Of a DNA stretch of 64,000 nt, positions 8,845 to 21,575 are shown piece after piece. Where the stretch lies: NCBI GenBank assembly GCA_900128395.1, contig LT649242.1:1-64000 (forward strand), given 5' to 3'. The position numbers and the translations under genes were made by a program. Position 1 is the first letter of the stretch; each line of letters opens with the position of its first letter. The stretch comes from Stramenopiles sp. TOSAG23-2 (taxonomy: Eukaryota). The notes below the pieces were generated by a model. It did not search any database and was not told the DNA's origin. It was given only the letters and a program-made list of their open reading frames with translations.

Positions 8845-11208
8845 TTACGCATTACTTGGTAATCGTGTTGCATTATCTTTTTTAGGTTCGTCTTCGTCCA
8901 TAGCTTTTTCCTCTTCTATTTCTTCTTCACTCATAAAATATTTTCCATTGGCTAATAACTTCAACAACAGTAAGCAAACTTTTAAGTTTTTTTTTTGTTT
9001 AACATTATGATACATTGGGCCATCTAACATATTATACATCATATCCGCAACACCATCTTCCTTCAGTTCATTAATTTGTGATAATTGAGCTAATAAATTA
9101 CACGCAGTTGAAAATTCTTCTTTTGTAATTGCTTCTTCACCTGTTTTCGTTCCATCAAAATATATGTACAATGGCCTTGAGAATTTTAATACATATGCTT
9201 GGACATTGCGTTTTTTAGAATCTTTTTTCTCTGTCAAGCCTTTATCAAATAAAAATTGTTGGTAATTGACTTCATTGGTCTCTAAATCCATTTCATCCCA
9301 ATCTATTATATCACTTCTATCCATTAACCAAGGTACATGTAATCCAGTCCCAGCTTCCATGACTTGGGCCCACTCTAAGATGGTAACCATTCCCGTTTTT
9401 TTATAATCTATTTTATGAAAACCTTTTTCCAAATCTAATAAATGCTCCCTCACTGCATTAGATAAACCTCTCACTACAGTACGAACGTAAATAATATGAA
9501 CTTGTTAGAAAATTTGATCGTTGTACAATGTGTAATTGATTATTTCTAATACAAGATGATACTTACAATAATGATAATGTTTATCACGTTTCCCACCCTT
9601 AACTGAAAAGCTACATGGATGTATTTGTAACTCGTTTTTTTCTACTAGTAAGTATCCTCCAAGATTCGATTTATTGCCAAAATACGAAGATGCGCTGAAA
9701 ACGCGAATGCAATGCGCGACATCATCTTTGTAACCATCTTGTAATGGTGATCCAGATATAATAAGAGTATTTAAATTGCAATTCTCTAATACACGTTGTA
9801 CATGCTGAGTGTCGTACAATATACTAATTCCACGATCTTCGTTAAAGCTGATGTTGGCAGATTTATCATACAAGTCACTCCATAAAATGTCTTGAACTAT
9901 GCAATGATTTCTTTCCTCCTCCGTCATCTGCATTAAATCAACAGAGACGCCAATTTTTTGGAAAAGATTGCCTACATTTGCTTCATTGCCACGTTTAATA
10001 TTTTTAACAGATTCTAAATCTATCCGTTCATCTCTCCATATCCCACTGTGGCAAATCAGACATTTTTCATATAATTGTATACATAATGGTAGAAAATGAA
10101 ATAAATCATGTAAGGATACAAATAGTTTATGTAAAGTAGCCTGATTTTCCGTAGTTGGAATATAAATGGAACATATTTCATGCACAAACCCAAATTTTAA
10201 ACTATAAGATGCATGTTCGTGATTACCACGTAAGAAGTAAACTGATTCAGGTTCTGCAATGCTCCACAGCATAATCATTGTCAAGCAATGTATGCTTTTC
10301 GGTCCGTAATTAATGATATTACCGGTAAATATATATGGTTTGTTTTTTGTAGGAACCCCGTTATCATCAATAATTTCCATCAAATCCTCGAAATGCCCAT
10401 GCAAATCTCCAACAATAACAAATAATGGAATATTGCTTTTTTTCTTTGGTAGTGATATAAGAGTTTCTTCTAGTTTAATAATGTTATTATACGCTTCTAT
10501 GATGGTTAAAAAATCATCCAATTCTAGATATGAATTTGCTTCTGTTGTTTTGCGAAAAGATTGTAAAACTGCATTGATATTATTTGAAGAATATTGGAGT
10601 TTTGAATTTTTTTTATTTGGAAATGGAAATGTTGTTTTCATCGTCGTTACATTCCTATCCATGCACAAATTATGTTTTTCAATTCTTTTGGAATATACAT
10701 TTTCATAAAAATTAGTATATTTTGTTGCGTGCCGCTCAAAAAATAACTCTAGTTGATTTCTATTTCTCCAAGTTGTTTTTTGAATTAATATCTTTTCCGC
10801 GCCTCTCTTTCTAACAAGTTTTTGAATCGTTATACAGGCTCTTCCTTCTTCTGTTTGATTCCGAGCGTCTTCCTCCATCTGTGATTCCCATGTATCTTGC
10901 TTCTCTGTTGCAGCTACCGTTTTCATACGTTCATTTGATAGTGAATCCATATGTTGCAAAGCTTTTTGAGCTTCGCGTACCATAGCTTCCGATTCCTCTC
11001 TCTTAATATTCTTTGGAACTGGCGTAACAATTTTGATTTGCTGGTTAATGGGATCAGAGTTATTGTTGTTATTATTGCTTTTGTTAGTAGTAGTATTAGT
11101 AGTGCTAGTTGCGTCAGTATTTGTATCCCTCTCCTTCTTTGCCATTATTGAGTTACCATTATCAATCTTCTGAGTTTTATTCTTCTTTTTAGATGCGCCA
11201 CCTCCCAT
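8845..11208 (-). CDS. PPEF/rdgC-like Ser/Thr phosphatase with IQ and EF-hand regions, probably catalytically degenerate; one intron at 9474-9566
   Basis: MGGGAS myristoylation-type start, IQ motif (ITIQKLVRKRG), GDLHG, RGNHE and DILWSD. Intron GTAAGT...TTCTAAC...TGTAG joins the 567-aa and 209-aa ORFs in frame. Confidence 0.85.
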
Positions 11209-11855
11209 GTTATTTACTTATTACCGTGGTTGGTATTATTAGTTACAGTTAAGAAGACGAGTATCCAATTTATGCGCCACAATATAATCAACGATAATTT
11301 ACAACAAACTCATAGGCGTATTAGTTTTTGTTGAGTGTGTGTTTCCGTGATGTGTTTTACAAATACGATAATATGTAATATGTGAGTATAATATTATATT
11401 ATTGCAACGTGCTATTATTGAAGAAATAATAATACCTATTTATTTTTTATTGCCAGGTAGTAGGATTATGATTGCTGGATTGCACTATTATTTACTATTA
11501 TTATTAATATACTATTATCAGAACAGTATACTATAGTACTATAATATAATACTGGTATAACCATATTAATACCAGACCAATACTATAATAAAATAAAAAA
11601 ATGCCAGAGAAGTGTAAAATTATTATAACTTTTAGATTTTAACCATCATAATATCATATAATATCGTATATATACATGAGTAAGAGAAAATTTTATATAA
11701 TATGAAGTGTGGAAATACACAAGCACTTCATTATGAAGTAATATTCAACCGAGGGTGGTGAACATTAAATTAATATGTATATGAAGATCCAACAGAGTCT
11801 GAATTGCTGGAGGAAGTGTTTTGTAATATATATATATATATATGATGTGTGGTTA

Positions 11856-12563
11856 TCAATTCTCGTACCCTGACCTATCAATATTGGGAACAGGTGCTAT
11901 GCATTGATTCGCAACTAGTGCTTCGTAATTAGAATTAAGCATTTCTTGCATGCATTGCCCGCAAGATGGAGCCATTTGATTATACAGACACTCGTCGCAG
12001 CACGCGTCCACCATTATATTTGCGCATTGCACCGAAGCACCTCCTTCCCTCACCCCGTAGGTTTTGAATTCATCACACGTTTCAAATGTACCTGGCGGTG
12101 GAGGATAACGTTCTCCAACCAAACGGCGTAATGGGTGAGAGCGGCTTAGTCTCCTTGCTGAACGCATCCCACCATGATTACTGCCGTACCCTGACCTATC
12201 AATATTGGGAACAGGTGCTATGCATTGATTCGCAACTAGTGCTTCGTAATTAGAATTAAGCATTTCTTGCATGCATTGCCCGCAAGATGGAGCCATTTGA
12301 TTATACAGACACTCGTCGCAGCACGCGTCCACCATTATATTTGCGCATTGCACCGAAGCACCTCCTTCCCTCACCCCGTAGGTTTTGAATTCATCACACG
12401 TTTCAAATGTACCTGGCGGTGGAGGATAACGTTCTCCAACCAAACGGCGTAATGGGTGAGAGCGGCTTAGTCTCCTTGCTGAACGCACTCCATGCATTCT
12501 AGCGTCCATCCTCTTGACACTGTATACTAGTAAAATAGCCACTAATATAACTATTTTATTCAT
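11856..12563 (-). CDS. Secreted prepro-polyprotein with two identical Cys-rich units
   Basis: Signal peptide, RRL-containing pro-segments, and two copies of an 8-Cys unit. Confidence 0.8.
   Translation of the reverse strand: MNKIVILVAILLVYSVKRMDARMHGVRSARRLSRSHPLRRLVGERYPPPPGTFETCDEFKTYGVREGGASVQCANIMVDACCDECLYNQMAPSCGQCMQEMLNSNYEALVANQCIAPVPNIDRSGYGSNHGGMRSARRLSRSHPLRRLVGERYPPPPGTFETCDEFKTYGVREGGASVQCANIMVDACCDECLYNQMAPSCGQCMQEMLNSNYEALVANQCIAPVPNIDRSGYEN
11864..12487. repeat. 303-bp identical direct repeat, period 321 bp, inside the CDS
   Basis: 11864-12166 equals 12185-12487, separated by an 18-bp unique in-frame linker. Confidence 0.9.
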
Positions 12564-13377
12564 CTTGTCTGCGTCACCAAAATTTACCTTGTGTTCCTAT
12601 CTAACTATGTAAGATATTCAAATTATATATTAGTGATGTAAATATTAAGATAATAAATTCAACATAAGGCAGAAGGCATCCCTTGTACTGCTGTATCTAA
12701 TTTTTTTAATTATTATTTTTTTTTTTATCGTGTAATTTAATACATAATAATTATGAAGAATAATAATAAAAATAATATTAATAATAGTATATAAAATAAG
12801 AAGGGAAATACTATTATACTGCTGGTAAAAAATTGACGAATTTCACTGTGCTGAAATTATTTTTTTTTTTACTTTTTTTCCCTTCTTTTTTTTTTGTTGA
12901 TGTCTTGTACTTCTTCAACTTCACCTATACCCTATTATACTAATACCACACCACTCCATCGCACCAATATGAGATGCAAGGAAACAAGGAAACTTACTCT
13001 GAATGTGTTTTCATAGGCATATAATTTTAAAAAATATAAAAACTAAGTACGCTAAACAACTATTATATATATAATACTATTTTACATTATATCTTTTTTC
13101 ACACAAATTTCTTCATCAGATTTATTATTCCAAAATTATGAACTATACGCTGTGGTAGTACGGATACTATAATACTGGATTAATTACGGTTATTATTATT
13201 AAAAAAATATATTAATACTAGTATTAATATTAAATGTTAATATTAAAAGTAAAATAACTCTGAACACAATAAAAACGTCTATTGCGTCAAATATATTATA
13301 TATATTATAAATCTAGTCAAGTGTGTACATCAAAGGTTCTCTTACTGTAATTTTATTTTTATATATTTTCGATATAG

Positions 13378-14641
13378 ATGGGATTATGCGCTTCTAACCC
13401 ATTGTCTGATCTACCTCCAGCTTTTCGAAATCAACTCGAAGACAACAAAAAGTTGTTTGATTTCTTACATTTAAATACAAAACAAAGTGTTAAAGTAGCC
13501 AAATTATTTTGGAAATTTGATGACGACGGCAGCAATTCATTATCGTTACGTGAATTAACACGATCCTTAAGTGTAGAAACAACACCATTTATAGATAACA
13601 TCTTCGCCCTAGTAGATAGTAAAGGTAAAGGAACACTTAATTTTTCACAATATGTAGTTGCAACTTGGAATGTTTGTACGTTGACAGAGCATTCGATTGG
13701 GCCAGTGACCTTTGAAACCTATAACGAAAGTGGGAAGGGTATACATACTGATACGATATTTCAATTAGTGGATGAAGCAATGGGAACTTTAAGTGGTACA
13801 GTCAGCTATGGAAAAACTAAAAGAATAGAAAGTGATAGGATTGGGGGAATGAGAAATAGTGGTCAAAAAGCGGGTATAAGACTACAGTCAAAAGAAGGGA
13901 AAGTGCTGGCAAAATTAGCTGATCCAGATGGTTGTAAGTAAATAAAGTACTATTTCCCATAATAAACTTTGTAGAATTTCTTTAGCTAACAACACGTCAT
14001 TTTTTATAGATGTGAATATGAGTGGCTTTTTGAAATATGTTAAATCTCATCCATTTTTGTTGAAAAAAACTGTTAATTTTCAAAACGCTTTACGTGAGGA
14101 ATCTATGAGCGTCTCAGAATGGCAACAGTTAGCAGGTAAACGTAACGAAGTGATACCAAGGAAATTACAATATGATATGTCCAATAAATTGATGGAATTT
14201 ATACAACAAAGATCTCAGGCTAAATTAGGTTATTCTTCGTCACCCGAAACATCAACGTCGTCGTATGTATCAAGAGAGAAAGCTGTTGAGATATCCAAAC
14301 AAAAAGTAGAAACAAAAGTTGACTACGATGAGTCTCATGTCAAAGCTGCAAATATGATCCAAAAAGTACAACGTCGAAAATCGGTTGAAAAGAAAAGAAA
14401 TGAAGGTAAATTAGTAAAACATAAAATTGATATAGGTGGTGGCTGGACTGAATATTATGATAGTAATGGGACTCCCTACTATGTGAATAGTAAAAATGAG
14501 ACCCAATGGGAATATCCAGAAAATATCCAAAGAAAAACTTTTACTGCAGATGAATGGAAAGAAGTCACTGATCCAAAAACTGGGCATGTGTATTATTACA
14601 ATAAAACAACTAAGTGTTCGACATGGGATAAGCCTTATTAA
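13378..14641 (+). CDS. Acylated EF-hand (calcineurin B-like) protein with IQ motif and two WW domains; one intron at 13934-14009
   Basis: MGLCAS start, EF loops DDDGSNSLSLRE and DSKGKGTLNFSQ, AANMIQKVQRR, and WW motifs WTEYYD..YYVN..TQWEYP and WKEVTDP..YYYN..STWDKP. Intron GTAAGT...GCTAAC...TAG restores the frame. Confidence 0.88.
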
Positions 14642-14901
14642 AACGTATGATAATCAAATAAAAAATACGAAGTACGTGGGGCGAGTATTGATGTATGATA
14701 CATACACTCTCTTTTGCGCATATATTTTTTACAAAACTAAAAAAAACAGTACATATGGTGGGTTAATTAAATATATATTATACGAAGTATATACGAGTAT
14801 GATACGTATATATAATATATATAATACATTAAAATAAGAGAATTTTTTATATAATTACATACTTTTTTGTAGAGTATTTAATATTGGCTCAGTCACTGTG
14901 T

Positions 14902-14927
14902 ATTCTTTTGAGAGTAGGAATTGTCAT
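14902..14927 (+). repeat. Dispersed intergenic motif, copy 2
   Basis: attcttttgagagtaggaattgtcat. Confidence 0.9.
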
Positions 14928-15112
14928 GAGTAAGGGAATAAAAAATTAAAATACGCGTGTATATAAATTTTTAATATTTTACTTGTTGTACGAATCATAA
15001 AAAAATAATGTCATACTCATATATCATACAAAGTACGTTCGTGTACAAATATTATACACCGCCGCTCTATCTCTGAAAAAAAACATTTTTTTCAACACGC
15101 GGGTTACTTTTA

Positions 15113-18100
15113 TTACTCACTATCTCCGTTTGCTACTTGTACAACAGGAACCCTAACATTAGCAACAGGAACCCATACATTAGCATTGACGGTAGTGTTA
15201 TCTTTTTTGGTACTTTTTTGCACAACTACGCTATTTTTCCGAGGTCTGCCAACCGGATTTTTTTTTACTGGTTTATCATCATTTACACTATTTTTACGAG
15301 GCCTTCCAACAGGATTTTTCTTATTCACACCTGGATTTCCAACTACACTATTCTTCCGAGGTCTTCCCCTGCCATCTTTCTTTTTCTTTTCGCCATCATC
15401 ATCACGCTTGCGTTTCATGCTCATATTAGTACCACTATCAGAATTTGATAGTGTTTCTATTTTCGTAGTATCTAATTTCTGTTTCTTCTTGGAATCGCCA
15501 TCTTTCTCTGATTTTTTTGCTTTTCGCTTTTTTGGCGGTCTTTTGTATGTTTCTTTGTCTAATGCTAAATATTGTTTCAGTTGAACAAAATTCTTTTGTA
15601 ATCTTTCAAACTCTTCCAAGATTACTGGCACATACCTTCTATTACTTATAACGTTTTCTACCGTGCTTAATTTGCCAGGGTACGGAGGTGGAAACTGTGG
15701 AATAGCTGGTGTTGTTGCAATTGAAATTTGTTCAGGAGAAGTACCTGTTATCATTAGAGCATTTCCAGTACCATTGGCGTTATTAATAGTCGTTGATGTC
15801 GTCACGGCAGCTGTTGCTGACGTGGCATGTGGTTCTGTATTATTTTGTCCATTACTTCCGGCTTTTTCTCCTACTACTACCGTCTCCCCTGGACTTACGA
15901 CTTGCTGCTTTTCACTACTTTCTTGCATTTCTTCGCTATTTTTGCTTTGTCTACGAATATCAATTTTCTTTGCTATGTGCCACTCATCCCATTCCTTGAA
16001 CCATCTTTCCATATTAGCGTTAAGGTTCCGAATGGATTTTTTATATTTATCTGCTTTTTTAAGAACTTTCTTAAATGGGTTGTCTAAATCTTTCAAAACT
16101 TTCCATTTTTTAGTTAATCGATTAAATTGGTTTTGTTTGCGTAAAATTGTATCGACTTTTCTTATGCAATGTTGTAAATTTTCCACTCGCAAGAGTTCAT
16201 AAGGTTTCAAAAGCTTTAAGCTCTCAGAAGCCCATTTGAGTATTTCCACGCCTGTAACAATTAGATTCTGTACATTTTGACTTTCGTTACTTAAATGCCT
16301 AAAAGCTGTTGTGTTCCCCATTAATAATTCATCGATCTCCACATCACCAATTTTTCCACGAGTAGCAACATATTTTAATAAATCATCCCCAGCGACACTC
16401 TTTTCTACGTCATAATATTCTGTGTCAAACTGTGCATCATCAGACGGAATTAAACGCAAAAATTCACGCCTAGCAGTTTTGACTAGGTTTAAAAATTGCT
16501 TAACTTCATCAATTCTCTTCTCTTCGTTATATTTGGCTTTTTTTTCTGGTGGATAGTGCATATCAAGGGTCTTAAGTAGCCACCCGGTAACTTCATGTGA
16601 AATCATACCCATTCCTTTAATCTTGTGATAGGTTGGCGATTCATTTGTAGTAGTGGTGGTGGTGGTAGTAGTAGTCGTGGTCGTCGTCGTTGTTGTTGTT
16701 GTTGTCGTAGCAAGGGTAGATGCCATAGACTGTCCACCCGCACGCGATACTTCCATTTGCTTACTGTTTAAATACATAGACAACGAATCGGTTATTTGTT
16801 GAATAACGTTGGATACGCCTATACGAATAGTACAACGTGGACAGTAATATTTAAAATCATCAGTAAGGTTAGCGACAGGAACATCCATACAATCAGGATG
16901 AAACCAATTGCCACATTTCTCACAACCAAACATATCGCCATCTGTAGTGTTTCCGCATAAACACCACGGGTGTACAATGTCCATTATTTGCGGCATCAAG
17001 TCAAGGTGGCAATGTATTTTCATTCCTTGGTCACGAAGTTTTCGCAAATGATCTAAGGAGGCATTGCCTTGTTGAATGCCCGCATTTCGAACTTCTTGGT
17101 CCCAATTGTACCCATCTTCTATTTCTTTATCAATCTTTTCTACCAATGGTAAATATATAGCAATTTTCTCGTGTTGTTTCAACAGTCCCCGCAGTTTCGT
17201 TAGGGTTAATTTCTCTTCAGTCAAAGCTCTTTGCATCTTTTCGTTTAAAGTTTTTCCTTTCCTAGCTTCGCTTTTTAATCTTGTCAACGCCCCTTTTGGT
17301 AGAAATGGCACCGTTGCAGCTTTTTTCAACAGCTCACCCAACTTTTCCATAGTTGGTTTTGCCTCTCCGCTTTTTAATTTAAAGAAATTTTCGATTTCTT
17401 TTGAGCCTATTTGTGCTTTTAAAGATTTATTTCTTAATGCTTCCGCTGTTTGGACATGGCGTATAATCCTCCACCCATCATATCCTTTGCTTGATTCAGA
17501 AATTCCTGGAATGTACAGAGGTTCCTCGTCATCTTTCTTCAACGTCTCGTAACGTTTTAAGACTCTGCTAACTTCTTGGATTTTTCCACCACTGTCAGCT
17601 TCTAGCAATGGTGCCACACTCCGAAGCCATTTTAAAATGTTAACACGATATGACAACAGCTTTACTTCTGGTGTTGAGTATGCAAGACTAGTTCGTGCTT
17701 CTTCTAATAAATTTTCAAAAATTTCTAAATATTCTTCTTCTATGGTGACTATTTTTCCGCTGATAATATTATTATCACCGTTGGTATTGCTTGAACTATC
17801 CGTATCGATATCCTTTGCCTGTTCCGATTCCTCCTTTAGCGCTTCTTCCATGTCTTTATCGCTTTGCATAAGTTGCTCATCTACTTTCTTGATAAAAATT
17901 TCAGCTATTTCCACTTCTTTTGTGATTACTTTCAATTCATTATAAACTTCGGTGGCAAGCGTGTTGGCTTGAAAGCAAAGGTCCGTGATCTCTTTCTTTG
18001 TAGGTTTTCGTCCAACCTTTGATTTGTTGCGTTGCTGTTTTGAAAAACTATTCCTTGCCCGCGAAATCCATTCGCTTGACTTTTCAAATTCATTAATTAT

Positions 18101-20708
18101 TGGCTCTGTATTTACAATCTCGACTTGTGTTTTTTTGACGTCTTCTATTATCTTCTCTAAAACTTTTAGCTCGATTGGTGCTATTGACATCACATTCGAA
18201 GAGGAATGAGAATTGCGTAAAGGGAAAACTGGATTAGAGGATCTATATTTTATAATACTTCCAATATTTTCCACAATTTCATTTACCGTATTTTGCAATG
18301 CTACAGAATCGTTCTTTAATTGTTTTAGCTTTTCTAGTTCATCTTCTATATCAACAGTAATATCGTCACCCTCTTCAATCAAAATTAACAACGAATCAAT
18401 GGTCACTGGTACTTGGTTTTTCTTATGCGCCCCTTTCCCCGGGGCTTTTAAAGCTAATTCGGTCCGTTCGAGCCATTCTAAGCAAGACTTTATAGTATTT
18501 CTCATCTCCTTTTCTTTTTCTATTCGGTATTCCTCTGCTACCATATTCTCTGGAAGCAAAGCTCGTATGGTTGGTATTTCAGCAAACATATCTTGCAATG
18601 TCTCTATATTTTCAAATGGTTCTTCTGTTAAACATTTTGTTGCTCTTGCAGCCCAATCGCGGCGTTTTATTTCTGTTTCTAAAACTTTTAGAAGATCCAT
18701 TTCAACAGGTATATCCACCCCCTCGACATATAAACTATGCAAATCCTCTTTCGTGCTCTTTTTGTCGTCAATAGCTTCCTGCGCCTCTTCCATCCATTCA
18801 TTTGCAGTTTCGACTAAATCACGAATATCCTCAACCACGCCTTTATTTTTGCTATTATTATCCATCATTAGAAAATCTTCAGCTTCATCCAAAAGTGTAC
18901 TTAACATTTTTAAGTTTGCTTTCTTTTTACCTTCCCCGCCACGTCTTGATGTTTTGTTCGGTATGGCGTCTTTGAACTTTTTTACCCAAGTAGTCGCCTC
19001 GCTCAAAGCTTTTGTCAACTTTGTCGAATGGACACTTACATCGATAGGTAAGTGTTTTGATTCTTGTAAAAGTGCGCTAAAAACTTTTAAAGACCCACGA
19101 TTGCCGCTACTTGATGATGGCGTCCCGGCACCATTATTACCATCACTGGCACCATCTTTACTATTACTCGTTTTATTACTTTTTAAATTATTTACACGTT
19201 TTATCCATTCCTGCGTAGACAATAATGCATTTTTTACAATTGCCAATTCATCAGTTTCAATTCCAATTGACTCCACTTGCTCAACTAAATCCTTGACTAC
19301 TTCTAATGCCGGTTTTCTATTAGAGGTACCATTTCCATCTGCCAGACGCTGTTTATTTGAAATTTGGAATTCCCAAAATTCTGGGAAAAGTCGTTGAATA
19401 CGTGTGCTTTGTGCCACAGCCTCGGTTAAACGCATTTTTAATTCATCAACTTGTGGAACTCTTACTGGAAAATTTTGGCTATGTTTTAACATGGTTTGAA
19501 ATACTTCGATTCTTATACATTTATCGCCACTAATCATACCTTCATATTTTTCGATCCATTCATTAATATCGCTTAAAATATTTTTAACGTGGTTAATATC
19601 GTCCAAGAAGCCCTTTAACGATTTGGCATTTTGCATCAATTTCTCCAACTCTTCCAAACTGTACAATTGTTTATTCATACCGGACAACATATCATGTGCA
19701 TGTGCCGTCCATTGATTTACCATCATGATGCGGTCTTTCAATTTTTGTTGTTGATTTATTGAGCTTTTTACAAAACCTTCTTGTGACGAGCCGGGTACTA
19801 ATGTAACTTGAGGCAAAGTTTTAGCTTCGATTAATAACATTTTTAAATCGTTAAATCGAAATTGGTTATTATTGTTGTTGTCACTACTATTTAATAGATT
19901 CCTAGCACGCGTGTTCCACGCGGTCCATATTCTCTTAATTTCCTTATCTGTCAATTTCGTGTTGGATAACCTGCCATTGCTATTTTTTTTAACGTTGCTT
20001 TTGTCCATCTTTTTCAATGCAATATTCGCATTGTCACTACGTACACCACGTCTTAATTTTTCCTCTTCTTCAAAATTTTTACGTAAATATCGAACTTCTT
20101 GTCCTGCGCCAACGCTTGCCGCTAATTGAAATGCTGCACGATTTATATTGTATTTACTATTATGTAACATTTCAAGTGCTTTTTCATTTTCAAGTAACGA
20201 GTTGGTCAACGCATTTTTATCAATAGCCCGCTTCACGGAATGTAATGGCTTCGAAAGTGCTTTTGAAATTTCTAAATATCTAGTCACTTCAGCTGCATTG
20301 ACATCACTTCCTTTTCCACCTTCAGCGCCTTGCCATATACAATTAGCTTCCAACAAAGCCATCTTCTCTTCCCTTGTTTTCGGCTTATTTGTCGGGTCTT
20401 CGCGATACGAGCTAACAACAGCTTGGTATGCATTATCATCAACTCTCGGTCGCTTACGCTTGTAACGTTTTCCAGCGACTTCAAAATGATTCGCGCTATC
20501 ACGACCACTTGTTTCAGCTATGTTATTACCACTACTAGGTGAGGAGTGCGGTGTTTTTTTAGAACCCATTAAAGAACCTGAACGATCCCGCGGTGACAAC
20601 GTCATACGGCTATTATTGGACATAAAATTTGAGGATGGTGTTTTCTTAATTTTTAAAGACGGTGATAAGTAGCCAAGATTATTTTGCATTGTCGCCGTGG
20701 TTGTCGTT

Positions 20709-20747
<39 letters not shown>

Positions 20748-20800
20748 TTATCACTGCTACTTGATGACGGGGTATTTAATTTATCATTTTGATTATTCAT
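15113..20800 (-). CDS. Chromatin protein with ELM2-like region, PLU-1-like helical repeats, PHD finger and three AT-hooks
   Basis: RPRVDDNAYQAVV...IW; repeated W-x-x-x-A helical units; CLC...CEKCGNWFHPDC...YYCPRC; GRPRK three times. Confidence 0.85.
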
Positions 20801-21575
20801 TTTTTTATATTTTAATATTATTTATATTTTCTTAATTATTATTATTATTATGTAACATATATATATTATATAATACAACAGAGAGAAAAAAAAAAGGTGG
20901 GACAACAAATAATATTGAATATATATGGTATATATATAGATGTGTGTCGATCCTAAAATCAATCGTATATTTAAATATTATTATAAATTTAAATAATAAT
21001 TATTTATTTTTTTTTTTTTTTTTAAATCAAAATAAATCTCCTCCTCCTAAATCTTATTAAAATCCCTTTTCGGCTGCTGTGTCCATGCTATTATACGCGG
21101 GCTCTGTATAAAAAAATGAAGAATATTAAAAATATAATATGATGGGTGGTTGGAAATTATTATGTTCGAAGGGCTCTATTATTCCAACCAGGCATGTACT
21201 TGTTCGTGTGTGTGCCAGTGTGGGAAAAAAATCTGCTGCTGGTTTAAATACCTCGTAATACGCGGAAGTGAAAAGATGTAACGTGTATTATCATATATAT
21301 TTAATTTCAAATATATATATATTATGTACATTATCATATATATAATGTGTGATTAAAATATTAATATATTACCTCCCCCCCCAGGGGTTTTATTTTTAGT
21401 TTTTAATTGGGGATGGTATCATATCAGGTATGTCATACGACACAGTACAGTGTATGTGATTTTTTTGAAATATTTTATCATAATTTATTTTTTATTACAA
21501 AAGCAAAACTCTCCTTCATCATATCATACAGACGAAAAATACAACAAAATATAATCACGCAATATTTTAGTGTTT

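Noticed and set aside
15137-20542. Long antisense ORFs such as 18213-19397, and similar ones opposite the calpain, LRR, TPS and BEACH genes
   Set aside because: Shadow frames of real genes with no recognisable domains.
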